This document shows, one piece after another, positions 7,242 through 12,761 of a stretch of DNA of 12,761 nucleotides. Source of the stretch: Promethearchaeota archaeon (GTDB lineage: Archaea; Asgardarchaeota; Lokiarchaeia; Sigyniarchaeales; SOKP01); the NCBI GenBank assembly GCA_048938005.1, contig JBHLMQ010000028.1:1-12761 (forward strand), read 5' to 3'. The notes below the pieces were generated by a model. That model made no database searches. It worked only from the letters and a program-made list of their open reading frames with translations, and was not told the DNA's origin. The stretch's first letter is position 1; the number at the start of each line of letters is the position of its first letter. Both the position numbers and the translations under genes were made by a program.

Positions 7242-8075
7242 TTAGATATGTCGATTTAACCAATCAGTAAGGTCATTCAAGACTATACGTCTATCTTCTT
7301 CAATTTCATTGTATACTTCGTGATATAATCCCTCATAAATTTTAATGGTTTTGTCATCCATATTAAACAAATCCTTAAGTTTTTCGCTACCTTTTATTAG
7401 TTTATCTTCTGAACCACATTGAACTAATAAATTAATTTTAAAATTCTCAATAGTTGTCTGGAGTTTTTTGAAATTTCTAAGCATTTCATAACTTAATCTT
7501 GCGGTAATTTTATCAGCATTGACTAAAGGATCATTTTTATAATTATTTACTACTTCTGGATCATGACTTAAGAATTTCGCGTCAATCCGAGGGTTAAATT
7601 TCATTTTTGGAGCAATTTTTGAGAAACCCTTGGCAAGTAGTTTTAAAAATCCACTAGTTTCTTTACCCGGATCTGTTCCTGTTCCTGAAAGAATAAGCCC
7701 ATGTAAGAACTTCTCGTATTTTTCTGTGAAATAAATTGCTATAAATGAACCTAATGAGTGTCCTAGCATAAATATTGGCAAATTAGGATGTTGTTCCTTT
7801 ATTAAATCGTAAAATAATTTTTCATCTTCTATATATTGATCAAATGAATCTACATAATTCCGTATTCCCTCGGATCTACCGTTGCCGCGATGATCATTGG
7901 CAAAAATTGCATAACCTTCAGGTATTAATTGATTTACGACATTTTGATACCTACCAGAATGCTCAAATCCTCCATGCACAAGTTGAATAACTGCTTTAGG
8001 ACTATCTGGAATCCAACATTGATAATAAATTTTTAAACCTTTTATTCCTTTAAATTCTCCCTCTATATGTTTCAA
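7242..8075 (-). CDS. Alpha/beta hydrolase, monoacylglycerol lipase/lysophospholipase (PldB-like)
   Basis: VHGGFEHSGRY, DHRGNGRSEG, nucleophile elbow GHSLG, acid residue in GSEDKL, catalytic His in YHEV; TTG start. Confidence 0.92.
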   Translation of the reverse strand: MKHIEGEFKGIKGLKIYYQCWIPDSPKAVIQLVHGGFEHSGRYQNVVNQLIPEGYAIFANDHRGNGRSEGIRNYVDSFDQYIEDEKLFYDLIKEQHPNLPIFMLGHSLGSFIAIYFTEKYEKFLHGLILSGTGTDPGKETSGFLKLLAKGFSKIAPKMKFNPRIDAKFLSHDPEVVNNYKNDPLVNADKITARLSYEMLRNFKKLQTTIENFKINLLVQCGSEDKLIKGSEKLKDLFNMDDKTIKIYEGLYHEVYNEIEEDRRIVLNDLTDWLNRHI

Positions 8076-8123
8076 ATAATTAAATCACTAATTTTTTTTT
8101 GAATATATTTAAAATATATTATT

Positions 8124-8873
8124 TTATCTTTGCTCTCTAAATAATCTACCGTATCTATTCATCTGACCGTAATAATCGAATAATGCATCGATCCCTCTTA
8201 TTCTAAGTGCAGTATTGAGGGCAATCTTAAGTTTTAAAGTTCCATCAGGGGGAGTTTCTGCGATTTTGGATGCAATATTGTTTACTTCGTCTTCAAGATT
8301 CTCTCGAGGAACGCTTAAACTTACAAGTCCCCACTGTGCTGCTTCTTTTCCTGTGATCCTTTGACCAGTCAACAGAAGGTATCTCGCTCTTTTGACGCCT
8401 AAATAAAATTGCCAGAGAGGTAAGCTCGGAGTACCACCCCATACTTGCTGAATAGGGTGTCCCAATAATGCATCATCTGCTGCTACTGAGATATCACATA
8501 AAAGCTGCAGATAACATCCAGCATCAGTGGCATAACCATGAACTTGAGCAATAGTTGGTTTTGGAAAATATAAAATTCGCGGGTATTTAGCATATATCTT
8601 TTTATTTAATATCTCATAAGAATTTCTATAAGTCCAACCTCCCTCTGGTGGTGTTATATAATATGATCCCTTTAAATCAAAACCCGAGCAAAAACTTTTA
8701 CCAGCACCTTTTAATACTATTACATTTACACTATTATCTCCTTCAGCATGGTCAAATACAGCATCCAAGTCATCAAGCAGCTGATAACTCAAGGCATTAT
8801 GCTTTTCAGGTCTATTAAGTGTAATATATCCAATTTTGTTTTTTGACTCATAAATAATAGTTTCAAATTCCAT
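8124..8873 (-). CDS. Enoyl-CoA hydratase/isomerase (crotonase) superfamily protein, atypical active site
   Basis: ITLNRPEKHNAL, FCSGFDL, PKPTIAQVHG, LLTG..I.GKEA..WGLV. Confidence 0.9.
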   Translation of the reverse strand: MEFETIIYESKNKIGYITLNRPEKHNALSYQLLDDLDAVFDHAEGDNSVNVIVLKGAGKSFCSGFDLKGSYYITPPEGGWTYRNSYEILNKKIYAKYPRILYFPKPTIAQVHGYATDAGCYLQLLCDISVAADDALLGHPIQQVWGGTPSLPLWQFYLGVKRARYLLLTGQRITGKEAAQWGLVSLSVPRENLEDEVNNIASKIAETPPDGTLKLKIALNTALRIRGIDALFDYYGQMNRYGRLFREQR

Positions 8874-8877
8874 TTTC

Positions 8878-8883
8878 TCACCT
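8878..8883 (-). promoter_or_regulatory. Shine-Dalgarno site of the crotonase gene
   Basis: Minus-strand AGGTGA 4 nt upstream of the ATG at 8873. Confidence 0.65.
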
Positions 8884-9078
8884 TTATTTTTTTTATTATT
8901 AACAGATTTTATCTCTCAAAATATTTAAAATTTTAATTCTCATATTGTTTTTTAAATGGTAAAAATGGTAATTTTAAATGAAATTAATTTATTATTTTTA
9001 TTATTCTACTTATAATAGAAGAAAAAAGGGAATTCTTGGAGGAAATAGAGCAACTTTTACTCAGAAATATTGAATTCT

Positions 9079-9804
9079 TTAAAATGTTAATGTTTTACCT
9101 ACAGTGCCAATAATACATTTTTCTCCAAACTGATGTTTATAGATCTTAACATTCTTAGTGCAATGACATAAAATTATGGAACGGATGTGAGGATTTAGTA
9201 AATGAGCATATTGATTATCAAACTTAAAGCCATGGAGGCCTCCAATAATATGTAAAGGGGAGTTAACAGGAATGTCTAAAAATTTCCGATCATTTAAAAA
9301 ATAGAATAATCCTGGATGACAACATCCACATATTAAGATATATGCATCTTTAATTCGAATATAACAAGCTTGTTCATATATTCCGCCATAATCTTGAGAC
9401 ATGTAAGCATTAGTTATATAGATTTGTTTACCTAATTCTTTAATTAACCTTCCCTTTTCGATAATGATTTTATTTTTGGAAGGAATCAAATTTCCCTGTT
9501 GACGCACTGGTTTTTCCCAATATTTATGAACATATACAGGTAAATCTTCGCTATATCTTAAAATACCGGATAATCCATTTGTGTGGTCATAATGATTATG
9601 GCTCAGAATAACAGCATTGATGGATGACAATTTTATTTCATAATTAGTTAGATTTGCGATTAAAACATTCTCTTTTGTACCAGTATCAAACAATATTTTC
9701 AAATCATCTACTTCTATTAATGCTGAAAATCCAAAGGATTTGATATATCCTGGTTCTGCTCCATTCAAATCATCGATAATTATTGTTATTTTAACTTCTT
9801 GAAT
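9079..9804 (-). CDS. MBL-fold metallo-hydrolase, COG1237 family; start extended beyond the ORF-track call at 9768
   Basis: GFSALIE, ILFDTG, SHNHYDHTNGL, GCCHPG, IIGGLH, HCT; the frame stays open upstream of 9768 and encodes the family-typical first strand VKITIIIDD. Confidence 0.85.
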   Translation of the reverse strand: MQEVKITIIIDDLNGAEPGYIKSFGFSALIEVDDLKILFDTGTKENVLIANLTNYEIKLSSINAVILSHNHYDHTNGLSGILRYSEDLPVYVHKYWEKPVRQQGNLIPSKNKIIIEKGRLIKELGKQIYITNAYMSQDYGGIYEQACYIRIKDAYILICGCCHPGLFYFLNDRKFLDIPVNSPLHIIGGLHGFKFDNQYAHLLNPHIRSIILCHCTKNVKIYKHQFGEKCIIGTVGKTLTF

Positions 9805-9809
9805 ACTAG

Positions 9810-9815
9810 CACCTC
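9810..9815 (-). promoter_or_regulatory. Shine-Dalgarno site (GAGGTG) preceding a putative ATT start at 9804
   Basis: Minus strand reads TCATC-GAGGTG-CTAGT-ATT-CAA-GAA-GTT-AAA. Confidence 0.6.
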
Positions 9816-9971
9816 GATGAATTTAAATACCAATTAAAATAAATGTAAGCATCTTTAAAAACAAAATTAATATAGAACTCTTTGTCTGAGCTTTAATAAT
9901 GAAATACTAATTATATTGAAAGTGGGATTTCTTTTTTTAAAGTATAAGACAAGAGCTTCTTGCGTTTTTGT

Positions 9972-9987
9972 GAAAATATTTATAAAG
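9972..9987 (+). promoter_or_regulatory. BRE-TATA promoter for the EEP gene (probably leaderless transcript)
   Basis: GAAAATA-TTTATAAA-G; the TATA ends 23 nt before the ATG at 10010. Confidence 0.65.
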
Positions 9988-10009
9988 TCTAAAAAAGAAA
10001 TCATAAATC

Positions 10010-12079
10010 ATGAAATTATCAAATAATTTTTATAAAAAAATCAATTCTGAACTCGCGCTATTAACGGTGATGTTCTTATTCTTTTTCCAATTGGTTGGTG
10101 ATTTAATTGAAGCAATATATATCTTAGATCTTCTAAATCTGCAATTGGATGAAAAGGTATTGGGAATACTATTTTTATTCACTCCTATTATCTTGATAGC
10201 GTTTAGAAAAAAGATTCCTAACTATTTTCTTGAAGCTGTAGCAGTAATAACTATAATTTCGCGTTTAATTTCCCCATTTTTAGGCACTGCAGATAGAATC
10301 ATAAGCACAGGATTAGGTGTGGGGTGTTTCATGCTTTTCCTCCCTACATATTTATCCCAATATATAAAAAGTCATAATATAGCCGATGGGGAAAAGTTAA
10401 GTTTAAGATTTGGTGCGGGGCTTGGCTCAGCTATTTTACTCTCAATTACTCTCAGAGCAATTAATTCTACAGCTGATATTTCAACTTATGGAATATTCCA
10501 AATAATAGGTTGGGTTCTTGCTATAATCGCAATTCTTTCAATAATTTCTCGAATTAAGTTAAAACAAGTAGAGGGATTCCTGAAGATTACTAAGGAAAGA
10601 GTATCATATTCTCAAGGAGAAGGAGTATCTGAAAAAAAGAAACGCTTTAAAGGCGTTAAATTATTGTCTCTTGGTTTTATGAGCGTATTGACTCTTAATT
10701 ATTTTGCTTTTATTAGTCCAACCGTTATTTCAAGATGGACTGGAGGAGATTATATAGCAATTACAATTACTATAGCAATAATGATTGCGGCAACCATACT
10801 TATATTAGCACTTAAGCCAGAAATTCTTGGAAAATTAAATTCACGGATTTTGTGGATATGGAATGGTCTATTTGTGCTTTCACTTGTTTTAACAATAGCA
10901 GTTCATACCTTTCCCTTTCCAACTAGTCCTGCTTCAGTTCCTGTAATTATAAACCATCCACTTGGTTGGTATTATTATGTTCCACTAGTAATAATGATAG
11001 CACTATTACCGATTGTCTTTATAGATTTTACACTCTTATCTCGAGAGCTTATTAGGCAAAAACCAAGCCCTTCAAAGTTGGGTTCTGGTTTTGGAGTAGG
11101 TAGTCTATTTTTCATTTTAGTTACATTTATTATTATCTTTACAAATGTTTGGGGTTATGTAGAACCCGTAAGTACAATTTTTCGTAATTTATTTTGGCTT
11201 CCTTTCTTATTAGTAGGAATAACAATTCCAATTATGGGACAAGCAATCTTCAAAAAGAGGTTATTAGAATTTAAGTCAATTATTACCAATTTACGCGACA
11301 AAAGAATAATAGCCTCATTTTTAGCAACTCTACTAATTGGAACTAGTGTTTCAACTTTAGTATGGGAATTACGTCCTAAAGCACAGGATACAAGTGGAAT
11401 TACGACTATAACAGTAATGACATATAATATTCAACAGGGAGTAAACGTTGCGGGGGATAAAAATTTTGTTAATCAATTAGCTATTATTAAAGTAGTTAAT
11501 CCAGATATTCTTGGTTTACAAGAATCTGATACAGCCAGAATTTCTTATAACAATTTAGATATAGTTCGTTATTTTGCTAATCAATTGAATTATTATTCAT
11601 TCTATGGGCCAAGGACAGTAACGGGAACATATGGAGCAGCAATTCTTTCTCGATTTCCAATTATTAATGCGAAAACCATCTTTACTTACAGCAATATTGA
11701 TGAAATAGGTACAACTGAAGTACAAATTAGAATTGGAGCTACAATATTTAATGTTTATGTAAACCATCCCGCTGGAAGTGATGATGCAAAATCGGCTCAT
11801 ATGCAAGCTTTACTGGATCGCATCAGTGGTAAAACTAATGTAATTTCTATGGGGGATTTCAATTTTAAAAATGACTCAACTTATTATGATGATATAACTG
11901 CAGAATTACAAGATACTTGGGTAAACGCATCGTCACGAGGAGTAGATGGTGCTAGTTATGATTTATCAGAACGTATAGATCATATATTTGTATCCTTCAG
12001 TTTTACAGTATTAGAAACGCGTTTTATTAATGTTCCAGAATCAGATCATCCCGCACTTTGGACTGAAATCCAATTTTAA
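10010..12079 (+). CDS. Multi-pass membrane protein with C-terminal endonuclease/exonuclease/phosphatase (EEP) domain, Cwh43/PGAP2IP-like
   Basis: About 12-13 hydrophobic segments, then TYNIQQG, DILGLQESD, G.AILSRFP, NH, MGDFN, IDHIF, SDH. Confidence 0.88.
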   Translation: MKLSNNFYKKINSELALLTVMFLFFFQLVGDLIEAIYILDLLNLQLDEKVLGILFLFTPIILIAFRKKIPNYFLEAVAVITIISRLISPFLGTADRIISTGLGVGCFMLFLPTYLSQYIKSHNIADGEKLSLRFGAGLGSAILLSITLRAINSTADISTYGIFQIIGWVLAIIAILSIISRIKLKQVEGFLKITKERVSYSQGEGVSEKKKRFKGVKLLSLGFMSVLTLNYFAFISPTVISRWTGGDYIAITITIAIMIAATILILALKPEILGKLNSRILWIWNGLFVLSLVLTIAVHTFPFPTSPASVPVIINHPLGWYYYVPLVIMIALLPIVFIDFTLLSRELIRQKPSPSKLGSGFGVGSLFFILVTFIIIFTNVWGYVEPVSTIFRNLFWLPFLLVGITIPIMGQAIFKKRLLEFKSIITNLRDKRIIASFLATLLIGTSVSTLVWELRPKAQDTSGITTITVMTYNIQQGVNVAGDKNFVNQLAIIKVVNPDILGLQESDTARISYNNLDIVRYFANQLNYYSFYGPRTVTGTYGAAILSRFPIINAKTIFTYSNIDEIGTTEVQIRIGATIFNVYVNHPAGSDDAKSAHMQALLDRISGKTNVISMGDFNFKNDSTYYDDITAELQDTWVNASSRGVDGASYDLSERIDHIFVSFSFTVLETRFINVPESDHPALWTEIQF

Positions 12080-12231
12080 TTTCTATTTTTTATTTTATTT
12101 TAAAATATTAGGGTATTTAATCGGGATTTTTCTAGAATTTGGTTTAAAAATTGAGGTTAATATGAAAAGATTTATTAACAAATTGTTCCATATTTTATCT
12201 ACATTTAAGTTAAAATAATTTAGCTAAAAAG

Positions 12232-12761
12232 ATGAATGTAAACAACATTAAAGGACGTCCTAAATTCACCGCCGGTCAATTCTTAGGATATATTTTGTGG
12301 AAACAAACTGATGGCTTTCATTTGAGATGGACCGCAAAAGGAAAAAAAGCATACAACTTTCAAGGAAAGATAATTTTTCACCCTAAATTGCAAATTACAA
12401 AAATAGTTAGTCCCGAAACTGGAATTAAAATTCAAGAAACAGGAGAAAAAACAATTCAATGGAATACAATAGAAAAGACAAAAATAAATGGATTAGATTT
12501 CGTTACCCCTGGAAATTTCACACTAGAATTGAGAATAAATAAAAAAAAAATTAAGGCAAAAAGTATATTTTTAGGTTCAGAAATGATAAAACCAGAGGGT
12601 AATCCCTTTACTATAACTCAAATAACTGTTGAAGAGAAATTAGAAAAAGAAGTTAAGAGAAAAATAAAACAAAAGATTAAGGAACCACCACGAGAAATCG
12701 AACCGGCACCAATATATGAATTTTTACCAGAACAGATATATGAACCTATTCCTGAACCTGA
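12232..12761 (+). CDS. Partial hypothetical protein (runs off the window): beta-rich domain, charged linker, then Pro/Glu-rich repeats
   Basis: Manual translation from ATG 12232 has no stop: MNVNNIKGRPKFTAGQFLGYILWKQTDGFHLRWTAKG...NGLDFVTPG...IFLG...PEGNPF...EPAPIYEFLPEQIYEPIPEP. Confidence 0.85.
   Translation, partial: MNVNNIKGRPKFTAGQFLGYILWKQTDGFHLRWTAKGKKAYNFQGKIIFHPKLQITKIVSPETGIKIQETGEKTIQWNTIEKTKINGLDFVTPGNFTLELRINKKKIKAKSIFLGSEMIKPEGNPFTITQITVEEKLEKEVKRKIKQKIKEPPREIEPAPIYEFLPEQIYEPIPEP

Noticed and set aside
1136-8075. Complete CBASS operon with the lipase as effector
   Set aside because: The lipase is over 5 kb away, is a standard PldB-type alpha/beta hydrolase without a sensor domain, and is separated by unrelated genes
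8102-8120. Inverted repeat AATATATTT-A-AAATATATT (similar AT palindromes at 570-581 and 602-611)
   Set aside because: Pure A/T sequence, likely by chance at this composition
11597-11806. Cys-rich minus-strand 69-aa ORF
   Set aside because: Antisense to the EEP domain; the Cys codons arise from the complement of ACA/GCA
12030-12218. Plus-strand 62-aa ORF
   Set aside because: Overlaps the EEP 3' end and runs through T-rich terminator/promoter sequence

Overview
AT-rich archaeal genomic DNA, most likely Asgard (Lokiarchaeia/Promethearchaeota). This assignment is inferred from a Loki-CTERM-like sorting tail, a longin/roadblock-like domain, BRE-TATA promoters and GGTGA-type ribosome-binding sites. 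The window holds 13 credible CDSs, mostly singletons in mixed orientation: a coiled-coil protein, an RHH + Zn-finger regulator, a stand-alone CD-NTase/SMODS-like nucleotidyltransferase, a surface 8-blade beta-propeller, an extended SDR, a CBS-pair + longin-like fusion, ZupT, a hypothetical protein, a lysophospholipase/MAG lipase, an atypical crotonase, a COG1237 MBL hydrolase, a Cwh43/PGAP2IP-like membrane EEP protein, and a partial ORF at the right edge that the ORF track missed. No RNA genes, CRISPR arrays or mobile elements are evident. The most notable items are the orphan cGAS/DncV-like enzyme with altered motifs, the CBS-longin fusion, the Cwh43-like protein near lipid enzymes, and a probable ATT start codon. 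All family calls come from motif recognition by eye; no searches were run.
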